This document shows, piece after piece, positions 27,181-38,963 of a stretch of 64,000 bases of DNA; within the stretch, counting starts at the first letter, position 1; each line of letters begins with the position of its first letter. A program made the position numbers and the translations under genes. The DNA is from Laetmonice hystrix (lineage: Eukaryota). The notes under the pieces were generated by a model. That model searched no databases, was not told the origin of the DNA, and saw nothing but the letters and a program-made list of their open reading frames with translations. Where the stretch lies: NCBI GenBank assembly GCA_965235115.1, contig OZ249445.1, positions 9,734,001-9,798,000 on the forward strand, read 5' to 3'.

Positions 27181-29072
27181 CACATGCGTGCGCACAGATA
27201 CAGAGAGTGGACCGAAGCTCTTGAATATTCTCGACTTTCTGAGTCTCGACGGGAGACCGATAAAGTGGCCGACAACGCATCCATATCGACATACCACGAG
27301 AATAAATCCACAGCACACAGTCATAACACATTCACCTACCTTGTTCACACTGGCCTCATTGGTAACTCAGGGCTGACCGCAACCGTTCATGATAGAGGCA
27401 GAGTCTCGATAGACTTTGGTGATTAATCGAATATATTTACGTAAGGCTGCCAATATCGCGCAGTAAACCATTCGTTAGGGTGCTTTGATGCTGCATTAAC
27501 GTTAACCGCGCCATTGAACCATTGCGGTACACAGAGTGTGCAGGGTCAAAGGTATCACATTGTCTGCTAAATCACCCATCTCCCAGGACGAGACGCCATG
27601 CTGGTTTGTTTGGATTTTACTCTTCAACCCAAATTACTGCCAAGTTATGTGCCTGTGTCTGGCGGACTCTACCCCCGCCCGCCCGCCCGCCCAGCCTGCC
27701 GGCCGGATGGCCTGCGGTGGGTGAGCCCAGACATGGTACATGACGTTTTACATCCTCTCAACCAACATCCGGGCTTTTCTGACGGTGTCCAATGACGCCC
27801 ACGGAATGTTGCGAGCTACATAACAATGCTCTTGCTAACGCGCTCTGAATTTCTCATGTAAAGATATTTCTCCCCATATTGCCTTTATATCAGTACAAAA
27901 AAAAATGGAGACTCAAAATCACCCACCAGTACGTATTTCAAGTAGGAACATTCCATATTTAACCGTACTGAATAGGCCGTTGTTCTGGGTTTTTATCACA
28001 ATGTCATACTTGATGTTTGTCTCAGATATTCAAGTCAGATCAAGATAGGAAAGGTGTCGGCAAGACATATCTTGACTTCGTACATTTATCATTGGAACAT
28101 GGCAGATACATGAGAGATAGTACCAATATATATCGTGCCATCTTCGCTTATTATTATTCACACGTGCACTGCTTATCATACTCATGAATGATGTAATGCG
28201 GAATTGCCGAAGGAAAACAAGTGATAAGAAAAGATATAACTAAATAAATCTGACTTCCCGTTTTCTTCACGTTATGTAAAAAACGTGATCGTATTCAGCT
28301 TCTTGTGTGTAGATCTGTAGGAAAGAATGATTAATGGTTCGTCATGTCGGTATCTGAGACGTTAAAGTTTTTACTTTGGCATGATGAGTGAGTTCCTAGG
28401 TGAAGTGAACCTGATAGAATCTGTAGCAAACCATATCGTGCTGGATAGGGCCGTTTGGCCTTGCCGACATGTCTCCGTTTGGAGACGGCTAGTCGGTCCA
28501 AAATCCGGGTCATTCTCGAAACCTCCACTGTAAACGTTACACGAGTCTGGCTCTCCCTGAGCTCCTAGTTATCATCTGGTCATTACCTGTGGATCACGTG
28601 CCACTGGTAAAAGTCAGATGTATGCGATCATATGTCAGACGACAGTGTCAGTCATGAAACGTTTGATATCAGTATTCTCAAGTAGCTAGTATGAAATGGT
28701 GCTCAATATGCAAACTTTAACCAAATGCTAAAAACCATTAGCTGTGGGAATGGTGCATTGAAAGTCAGGGTAAAAGAAAACTCTTTGTGTACAAAGGACG
28801 GAGTTTCCGTGCATGGAGTTTAAGGTGACATTGGGAAATGAGAATGTGCCTGCAGCCTTCTTATCTTTTTCATAAAGTCCATCAGAACCAAAGTCTATTT
28901 CTTGAGTCCATGGTAATTCTAATGTTGACGATGCCAACAAAATGACGATTTTGTTTCCACCGAAACTCTAGAAACCTATAACAAGCAGCACAACTTGGTG
29001 GTGTTTGCTGTGCCGCAGAGTTTTCGCCGTTAAAAGTTGTCTTTACTAATGGCGGATGTTCTTTCATTACAG

Positions 29073-29578
29073 TTATGTGTATTTCGAGTGACAACGAAAC
29101 CGGCACGGAGTCGTTTCATTTGAAACCGGAAGCCAGCTCTGCAGCGCCCCCAAGCGGCGGTGAGACGCTCGCCACGGAGGAGGCCGTAACGTACACACAA
29201 ACAGCGAGGTCGGAATCCCAACAATCCTCGAGGGTCAAAGTTCGTAAAGATGCTTCCAATGATATCACGACGACAGCCGATGATTCTGTAGACGTCTCAT
29301 CGACTGCCGACTATCTCTACAACTCTGAAGACACGATCGAAATCAACGGTACACAATACGTGGCGGTAGACAAAGGGCAGGAACTTACGCTAAGCCGGAC
29401 GAAGAGAAGGAAATCTAGAAACAAAAATGCGAAGAAAAGGGCGTATTCTCATGAATATTATATCAAGAAACTGTTACTTAGGGATCAGTATTACGACAAA
29501 ACAACTCGGCCAGTGAAAAATGATTCGGCAACAACGACGGTCTATGTAGGGATGTCTCTTTATCACATACTAGACACA
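29073..29578 (+). CDS. nAChR coding exon 2: N-terminal extension plus start of ligand-binding domain (..HEYYIKKLLLRDQYYDKTTRPVKNDSATTTVYVGMSLYHILDT)
   Basis: Branch-like TACTAAT (29044-50), acceptor CTTTCATTACAG|, donor ACA|GTAAGT phase 0. Motif L..Y....RP.......V..G.SL..I.D is the canonical nAChR helix-1/beta1. Confidence 0.92.
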
Positions 29579-30257
29579 GTAAGTACGCTTTTAAACCAAA
29601 AATTATCATTATTCCAGTTGCACGCAATATTGGGTTAGATAGGGCCTACTGCAGGAGTTAGTGTTGACACAGAATAAGGAAGGGTCTCTTCCTTATTCCA
29701 GACCTTGAATTAGCTGTTCTTAAACATGTCCTTTGCTTTTGCGATTGTTAACCTTTGAACCCGATTGGCCGAATTTCCGGCCAAAGTACATTTTAAAATA
29801 TACCGAATGGCCGGTTTTCCCGCCAGCTCATTAAGCTTAATTTAATGGCCAGAAAAAAAGGCCAGGTATATAGAAAAATGATGAAAAATGCTTCAGGGTT
29901 CAAAGGGATGAATCGAAGAATTGGTCTTTTAACCCATGCTTTACCAAAGATATCCCAGTAAGGCGTCAGCTGCCGACTGTCGTGTTTATGACGTCATATG
30001 ATCTCTAACGAGCTCCGCATGCACTCGTACGTACACGTCTGACACACCGCAACAACGGAAACCGTTCGTGCCGCGCGCTTCCGTGTTCATAATGGGTTGG
30101 GCTCAAAATCCCACATGCACTTTAAACATTATAATGTGATCTTTTTATTGTTGAGTTTGGTAAAAGGGCCGTACCTTCAGAAAACCTGCAGGAAACAAGG
30201 AGTAGGGCTTGCGGACAGCTGCTCCCCCCGAGAATTACCCCAGTATGTAAAAGTATA

Positions 30258-30430
30258 CAGGGTGTCCCAAAAGAAATGTCCAGGCCAAACCAGGCAACCT
30301 CAGAATCTATGTTTCCCCAGAACCTGATGGGGAATCTTCTTACAAGAGAAGTAGTCTTTAGTGTATCAAAATCGGTCAAGCGAATCAAAAGTTATATCAT
30401 TTTCGGCGCGTCAAGGCCAGATCTCAACTT
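30258..30430. mobile_element. Single terminus/fragment of a mariner-like DNA transposon
   Basis: TA|CAGGGTGTCCCAAAA terminus and AAAATCGGTCAAG subterminal motif; partner end not found. Confidence 0.5.
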
Positions 30431-32196
30431 GCATGGAGTGATTGACTGTGTGACTTTTTTTTCATTGCAGTTTCTTTCCTTTCTTTATTGTTTTTTTTTT
30501 CATTATTCTTAATACTTTTTGCTCTTTTCTTTATTTGCAATTACGATTATCATTTACAATTTTTTTCTTTTCTCTTTTTATTATGAACATTAACATTAAC
30601 ATCACTTTTAATGACATTTCATTCACCACCTGCCCGTCCTTCCACCAGTTTCGACCATAAAGACACGCTGCTCAGTTATGAACTGTTGGCCAACCATCTT
30701 GGCCATGCATATACACAATGTGGAAAAAATGATATCAAAGAAAAACTACGGCCAGTGATCAGGCTATTGACAAATCCTAAACTGGGCGGCAAGTTCTTGT
30801 TCTCAGATCAGATCTGGTTCAAGTATGTGCATTTAAATACATGGGTATAGGTCCATCACAGTCATTGTTGGCCTTATATTGTGGTCGCAGTTTCCACACA
30901 CAGTGTATGGCGCAACAGAAAGACCATTCTGATAGTTTGGTCTGGCGGCGGGGGGGGGGGGGGGGGGCTTGAGGCTCGTTAACCTTTACAAAACTGCTAG
31001 CACAATATTGTTTAAATAAAAGCTGAAGTGGTTGAGCTTTGTGTACAGTTAGAATTATGTTAAGATGGTTGCACGGGGCCAATCTTCATAGTAACAACGC
31101 TTTCAAGTACACGTACAGCTGTATCGGTACGTATTTCGCTGGCTGTTTGCACGCAATAGAGGGGCGGAGGGTTGTAGGGCCAGGCGATCACCTTCAGAGA
31201 CAATCATACACACCTTACCTGTCTGCCAACCACAACGAGCCAGTACGGCAGAGATCTAAAGAGGACCCCCAGGTAGTATTGCCATCAGGAGATCCCATTG
31301 CATTATATACAAAGAACCCGAATTATGCAGTGTTTTCTTCCATCTCTGCATCTTGGCACCGAAAAAAGGAGACCCACAACTTATACTACGTAAACAAAAC
31401 AAGGAGCTTAAATTGCCGTGAAAAAAAATCAATAATTAACAGACAAAGAAGTCCATATAACCACAAGAATGTAGTTCGATCATCGCTTACGGGAAGAGTT
31501 TCAAACTTAAGATTATCTAGAGAAGCTCTCCAAGTTGACCTTGGAAACGATACTCAGTTTGCAGTTTGATGGAGACTGAACGAATTGGCGCCATTACTAT
31601 CATCGAAGGTTTGGAGAGAAAAGCTCGGATTACTTCTGAAGAGCGAGACAATCAAAGAAAGAAACACAAAACGAGAAGACGAACGTTGTAAGTTAATGTA
31701 TATAGGGAGCCCAAGAGTCTGCGCTTTGAAGAGACTGCATGGGGGACGTAATTCATAAGCTTTAGGTAGTGCTTCCACCAGCATACTTGGAACCACGCAT
31801 GCGCTGTGGCTTTGCGTTTTGCACAGAAAACTGACGCATAGTGACAAGTAATCAGCGCGGTACATGGACGGCCGAGTGGCAGCTTATCGTCGGCCTGATG
31901 GAGGCCCGAAACAAGCGTGGATCCCGCCTGCCCATGGCGCCTCAAGGTATGAACGCCACATGTGAGCGTACAAAGGAGCCGCTCAGGCACGGCGACGCCT
32001 CATTACCTGTAGCGCCTCGTTTGCATATTGTGAACCCCACCGGCACTGGTGCACTAACAACATATCTCGCCCACTGTGACGCGGTTTCCAATCCACAGTC
32101 GCAGCAACCGATGGATGCCGATGTAGCCGCATAGTTTAACATGTTTATATAAACTTACTCCATGTATTGCATATGTAAAAAAAACTATAGAATCTC

Positions 32197-32284
32197 CAGT
32201 CCGTTCCTTCCCGAAGGCCGGTGGTTTCCTCCGGGTACTCCGGTTTCCTCCACCAAGAAAAACTGACTTTCATCATCATCTTCA
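32197..32284 (+). mobile_element. Core-only copy of the same SINE
   Basis: 88 bp matching the reverse complement of about 38802-38889 with few substitutions (GTTCCTTCCCGAAGG.CGGTGGTTTCCTCCGGGT.CTCCGGTTTCCTCCACC..CTGACTTTCATCATCATCTTCA). Confidence 0.8.
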
Positions 32285-33822
32285 ATACAAACAGTGTATC
32301 CCGTGTAAGTAGTATATGAAAAGTGCCGTCTGTATCAGGCTGTAGGTCCACAGTGCTACATTACAGGGGCGGATTCAACTTCAGTGAACTCTTAGAAGTA
32401 GGTTAGTGTAGGCCTACCTAGTTATTTGATTATATTGCTATGGATCCCAAGTGATTTAGAAGTAGAACCCCGTTAGGTTAAAGTCGACTGGCTTTAACCG
32501 TCAGTTACCTATCTGCTATACACTGATGGATACTGAACTAATTAATCATGGTGAATATGGCACCCGACATGATCCTGGACATATGGGTCCGGATTAACTG
32601 TAACTCTATAATCCCGAGCTTTGCTGAGAGACACCTTCATAGTTTGGACCTGATATCGTTATAACGGGACGAGCATTTCCAATCCAATGTCCCTTAAGAC
32701 GAATACTAAAGATAGAGATATTTCTTTTAATCATAGAGTTGAAAAGAAATGACCAATTACTTTGATGCACCATCTGTCTGTAGTCATGACGGATATTGAA
32801 AGGCTCACTCGTTCCATAGCAGCACTGCGTAGATTCTCCGCGGCAAGGTGTACTGTGTGCCATTTCATATTTCACGAAATCGGAGACGTCTTTGCCGAAA
32901 ACGGGGATTTTGGCGGCGCTTAGTGAACCTAGTTCGGACGTGTAATTAATGTAAAGTTAGCCGGCGGTCGGCGAAAATATAGGACAGGGCCTGCCTGGAT
33001 ATCAGTCTACGACTTCTGAGGCAGGCGTGAATTAATTTTTCATCACAGGTGTGGATCTGGTTAAGACCATATCAAGGCTTTATATCTTTTGATCTAATGC
33101 TGCAGGTCCTACTTTGATGTCTCTTATAATTTTACTAATTTTCAAAGAGCTTTCGCCCAATCGTTTCGTGTGTAGGAGAAAATGTTATAAATTAAAGTAC
33201 GTTTGCGGACGAGCAGAACATGAAAACATCCCAGCGAAAGATATGGAAGGTCATCCAATATGGCGGTGTTAGCAAATGGGTTCATGATATTGAGACGTCA
33301 CTAAGTTTAGACCAGAGAAATATAGGGCGAAGGCTCCCTAGATACCGTGATAATCCTAGCACTTTATGGTTGTCCACTTCTTCCAGCTCTCCATTGAAAA
33401 CGGTAATTCCCGCTCCATTCGTTATATGCGGTATGTAAGTACCGCTGTAAGTCACACTTTAATACTTCTATATCTCAATGAACTTTCCGGAATCAAAGTG
33501 GAACAGATATATGCCTATCTCGCGATGGAGACAAATGGCAGAATGAAATGCTGTTCTCAGATGAGGGCCAGATTTGGCGATATAGGAGGCACAGTCTATA
33601 GGAATGTAAGTTACTCCCTCGGGTGTAGTTGAGTCCCCGTTGCCGCCGTGAGGATGGCCAGACTTATATATATATATAGGAGTTCATCGGTGTTGGATGT
33701 CGTTCTCATTGCCGCACTTTTTCCTGATGAACCAGCACATCATTATCTGTAACAATCAAGGTAAAGTGGCACCATACTGGTACGCTAGTATAGCTAATTA
33801 ACAGTGTCTCCATATAACGTTA

Positions 33823-33960
33823 GGGATGGATGGAGGGAGGGACGGAGAGAGGGAGGCAGGGAGGGAGGGACGGACGGAGGGACGGACGGAGGGACGGACG
33901 GACGGAGGGCCAGAGGGACGGAGGGACGGAGGGAGAGACGGAGACAGAGACAGACAGAGA
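33823..33960. repeat. Purine-rich compound microsatellite (GGAT/GGGA/GGAC/GACA)n
   Basis: Direct reading. Confidence 0.92.
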
Positions 33961-36706
33961 GTAGTTTATTCCGTTCGACACAGACATGGCTTCTTGTCAA
34001 ATATCAAATGTCACTGTTCCTTTCAAATATATATTTGAGCTATATTTTCAGCCTATGCGTTTTTATTGCCGTTCAGTATATGGGGATCTATAACACATTA
34101 TAATCTTGATGACTTCTTTATTATCGGGTAGACAGCTGAATCCCTACTATATATGGCACTATTATATCCATGCATCTCATGGCCCATAATGCTTTTGATT
34201 AAGTTGCCAACATCCATATAGAATTTATAGATATTCTACGAAAGTACATGGGCGCATGTGTGGATCTAACATAGTGAAATGCCCGAGGAGTGCTTTTTGT
34301 AAGAGTATTGTAATCATCTTGTAGTTTTTTGTTTTTTTTATTATCCAATGCCGTTGTCGGAGAAGGTGGCTAAAATTGGCGTGCTTATTCTGCCTGAATG
34401 TGCACTTACGTTAACCTTCTTTACACAAAAACCGTTTGATCATGTCCGCAATACAAGATAACAGATACGTGTACGTACGTGATAGATCCTCCTTATGGCA
34501 GTATTCTAGGTATACTATGATTGTGTAATTTTGACCCAATATTTTGAGACCACATTCCTTTTCTCCAAATATTTGATCCTTAGCAGCCGCAGTTGGTTTT
34601 GTAACCTACACCTGAATACCAACGACTATTAGACAAATTGCGTACTTGTGGTGGCGCAAAGATGGTATGTGATATTAGTTCATATAATGGGGCGGCTACA
34701 GCCAGATCTATACGTGGACGTGATGAGGCATACGGGTGTCGGCCGCGCCACGTCCCCGCCACAGTTATGGCGTCCTTGTCGTGTATACCGACCTGCCTTT
34801 AAGGTCGGACCGGCGTCGGGGATATACAAGATATATGAACTGCGTCCAAGTAAAAGGCCAACGTCTGAAAAATGTTTTATCCGCTTGCGTCTTGGAAAGG
34901 TGAGAAAGTCAGTGAATAACAACGCGTGCTTAGTGTTGGACCCGTTACTATTATGTCACTGTTGTGTGACATACAAGAGATAATGATCATTAAGGTGAAA
35001 GAATATATAACAATATTAACAAAAATAGTAAAAAGTCTAAGAAAGACAATAATAGCGATTTTTGGTGGGCGATAAGTCGTACAATGATAAAAATGATCTT
35101 AAAGGGAAAAGTAGTACTTACAATAGTTTTCAGAGAACCCATGTTGATATATGAGATAAACATCATTTCCCAGATAAAAGGAGCCCTGAGACAGGCAGAC
35201 GCTACGAGTGACGTAATGCTTGCTGCCATAGTGATGGATGGTCGGAGTTATTAAATATGTCCAGGCCGTTGGCCGTGGGAGTTGGGCTGGTGGTCAGGTG
35301 GTGCGAGCCGGTACGCTTCTACTGACCAAGGAAACTAATCTCAACTCTTTACCTAAATATCATTACCACCGTCAGTAAGTCGGATTGCTATACTTGATGT
35401 ATCTGTCAACTGCTTTCAAGGAAAGCTTGTTTATTTCGCGTGTTGAAAAGTGAAGGGGCAATGTTGCTTATTTAGTCGAATTGTTCGCTTCAGCCACCGA
35501 GCCTTGCAAGCCGTTGAGAAGGTTAGGTTCGATATACTCCACCTCGTCGATATGTCAGTTCATGACTGTCTCTCCTTTCGTTATTTTTCATGGTACACTT
35601 TTCAGCCATTCACATATTAAATAGATTTATTATATGACCATACCATTTTCCGTTATAATTAGATTAGTTTCGTAACGGTGTATAGATGAATGTGCCAAGA
35701 TCGTACTGTTATTACAAATACACGCACTTCCTGTAGAACAAGACGTGTAACTAAAAACCTACAGGTATTAATTTATTCATCTGGAATAACTTTTATCGGC
35801 GAGTCATTTTATATAGTTAAATCACACATAGCGTGGGTCGGAAAATCAAAACTGTTTGTTCTCTCTCCCGTTTTAAAAACACCATTCAATACAATTGTTC
35901 TGTTTCAGTCAGTTGTGTTGTTTTAATTTCTAACTTCAACGTGGAAAAATCTTAATTGGAGTCGGAAGTAATTAAATACGCTTCGTTCAGTAATATACTA
36001 GCAGCAGTTTTATCTAAAAAAAAGAATTAATTAGGAACAGATTGATTTGATGCATTAGTAATGTGAATTTAGTTGGTGTAGTTTCTGTTGTTTCTCGATC
36101 GGGCAGAAAGTAATCAAGCTCGTCTTTTGTTGGCAATCACAAGTGATTTTTACGAGGCAACAACAAGAACGCCCTGCTCCAGACGGTTGTGGAATCTCGA
36201 GTTGTAATTTGTTGTTACTGCTGCCGCTACTTCTTCTCTTGCTTCTGTGGCTTCTCCTGTTCTCATTGCCCTTCCAACGGTCGCTTTGTCCTGTGTTCAT
36301 CGTTTGATTAAACACCTGATCTCTCGCCCTCCTACTGTACTGCTACTACTACTACAACAACAGTTTACTACTACTACGACTACTACTATTCTAGAACGAT
36401 TCCTGATAGATCTTCAGGGCAAATCGTGCAGAGTAGGTAAAGATTGTGTTTTGAAACAGTCTAGACCAAAAAATACGTTTAGTGAAATTTAAGTCAAATA
36501 GCCGAGTATAGGTCTGAGTAGATTTAATTTGGAATATTTAATTAAACTTTCATTTAAGAGCAATCGGCTTCCACTAAAGAAAGAAAGGGGAGAAGCTTTT
36601 TGGAGACATCCAATCAATTCCGGATCGACAGAAACATTGTTTTGGTCGACGTTTTAAAACGTGGTCTGACTGGAGAAAAGCGAAAGGATAGCAAAGGTAG
36701 ATGTGA

Positions 36707-37379
36707 AGGTAGCACGTGTGAGTGGTGCAGACAGTCCGAGGTAGCACGTGTGAGTGGTGCAGACAGTCCGAGGTAGCACGTGTGAGTGGTGCAGACAGTC
36801 CGAGGTAGCACGTGTGAGTGGTGCAGACAGTCCGAGGTAGCACGTGTGAGTGGTGCAGACAGTCCGAGGTAGCACGTGTGAGTGGTGCAGACAGTCCGAG
36901 GTAGCACGTGTGAGTGGTGCAGACAGTCCGAGGTAGCACGTGTGAGTGGTGCAGACAGTCCGAGGTAGCACGTGTGAGTGGTGCAGACAGTCCGAGGTAG
37001 CACGTGTGAGTGGTGCAGACAGTCCGAGGTAGCACGTGTGAGTGGTGCAGACAGTCCGAGGTAGCACGTGTGAGTGGTGCAGACAGTCCGAGGTAGCACG
37101 TGTGAGTGGTGCAGACAGTCCGAGGTAGCACGTGTGAGTGGTGCAGACAGTCCGAGGTAGCACGTGTGAGTGGTGCAGACAGTCCGAGGTAGCACGTGTG
37201 AGTGGTGCAGACAGTCCGAGGTAGCACGTGTGAGTGGTGCAGACAGTCCGAGGTAGCACGTGTGAGTGGTGCAGACAGTCCGAGGTAGCACGTGTGAGTG
37301 GTGCAGACAGTCCGAGGTAGCACGTGTGAGTGGTGCAGACAGTCCGAGGTAGCACGTGTGAGTGGTGCAGACAGTCCGA
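36707..37379. repeat. Perfect minisatellite, 32 bp x21
   Basis: Unit AGGTAGCACGTGTGAGTGGTGCAGACAGTCCG, no variants seen. Confidence 0.98.
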
Positions 37380-38744
37380 CAGCCGATCACACAGACCTCA
37401 TTACACAGGGCCCGGCTTGAGACGGTTAGGTTAGAGGGAGGAAGGCGGCACACAGAATGGTTGGGTAAAATACCACGATTCATGCTACCAATCAATCGGA
37501 ACGAACAACGCGTACATCTCTGAATTCCCTGGTGTTGGATTGGACAGTGCCGTGGAATCACGTCAGAGCAAGCAACGTATACACTTACACCATTGACCCC
37601 CCCCCCTCCCCACGATCGTTGGCGCAAGTATAGGCCCGCGGCACTTGTAGGCATACTTGTGTAACCCCAGCCACTACTAACGTGATACTCCGACCTGCAC
37701 TCTTTCTCTCCGCCCACCCACATTGATTGAAACCAGTGGCTGGCGGCGCTGTCAAACCAGGTTTTCCTGATGCTATCGTTCAAACACTCGCTCAGTATAG
37801 GTTACACCACTAATTACTAAGTCACCTCTAAATGTCCACGCGCCTTAGCCCCCGGTCTACCTTGGCTATAGAGGTAGCTGAATGGGGAAACGACGGTCGA
37901 TCAATGGCCCGTGTTCATTTCCGTGGACCTTTATTGATTCGGGGCGTGGGAGAAGACCGGTAAGTTGGGACGGGCGACCCTCAACCGACATTAATTGTGG
38001 GCTTGTTTCACTTACCCGGCGTTACCTTGCGTTGTTAGGGCCGGATGGGCAGCATTCTGAGATACTTTCAAACTAATTCCGGGGGGGGGGGGGGTCACCA
38101 CTCAAAGTTTCACACCCATGGTCCGTTAGTTAATCCGATATAAGAACCATCGTAAAAGCAGAGCAATCTCTTCGGTATTCGAAACTGTTGGTAGGGATTG
38201 AGACGACACATTCCCAGCGCGTAAGGCTTTAAAATAGGAAATAGCTTAAAACATATCAACCGTTCTTGAGTGCATGTTATACACGTATTCGTAGTGGGCT
38301 TGGAAATTCTTTATTAAATGAAACATTGTGTACAAAAAATGGCATAATGATGAACTTGATCTAAGTATATTCCCTGAGTTATCGGGAGTAAATTCAACCG
38401 ACATATTATCCTATCCAGTACAAAAACTGGTCTTGACGTTGTGGTAAGAAGAGAAGCCAGGAATTTACGGGAAGACTGGGTGAGTTTGAGAGAGTAACGA
38501 ATCAGAAAACGACGGCGTCACGAGATACTGGGCCAGTGGCGCTCGGCTTTATACTGACACTGATCTCTTAAAACAACCCCGCGGGCACATGACCTACGTT
38601 AAAAGGGGTTTCTGGAAACAAGATGCCATTCTGGACACAGGTGTTTATGTTATATAGCCACCCATCTCTAAAATGTAGTACCTGGCGCTCTCTTCAAGGT
38701 GGACACCTGTAGGGAATGAGTAGTATAGGAAAAGTGGGAAAAGT

Positions 38745-38963
38745 GGTAGGTAGGTATTTGGGGTTTTATGCCTTGCAACAGCCAGGGTCATATCACGGCG
38801 GTGAAGATGATGATGAAAGTCAGTCTTTCTCGGTGGAGGAAACCGGAGGACCCGGAGGAAACCACCGACCTTCGGGAAGGAACTGACTGACAAACCTTTC
38901 ACACATGCAGCCCAGGCCCGGGATCGAACTCGGTCGGCAGTGGTGTGAGGCGATGGTCCTAGG
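38745..38963 (-). mobile_element. tRNA-derived SINE, 5'-truncated, with V-domain-like core
   Basis: Minus strand: B-box GAGTTCGATCCC (38931-20), core GGTGGTTTCCTCCGGGTCCTCCGGTTTCCTCCACC resembling the conserved V-SINE domain, tail ending in (TACC)n. Confidence 0.75.

Noticed and set aside
36574-37783. Long ORFs (389, 249 and 233 aa) on the minus strand
   Set aside because: Artefact of the stop-free strand of the 32-bp repeat (3 units = 32-aa period); no start context, splice support or homology.
38920-38931. tRNA gene (B-box)
   Set aside because: No cloverleaf or A-box; part of a truncated SINE.
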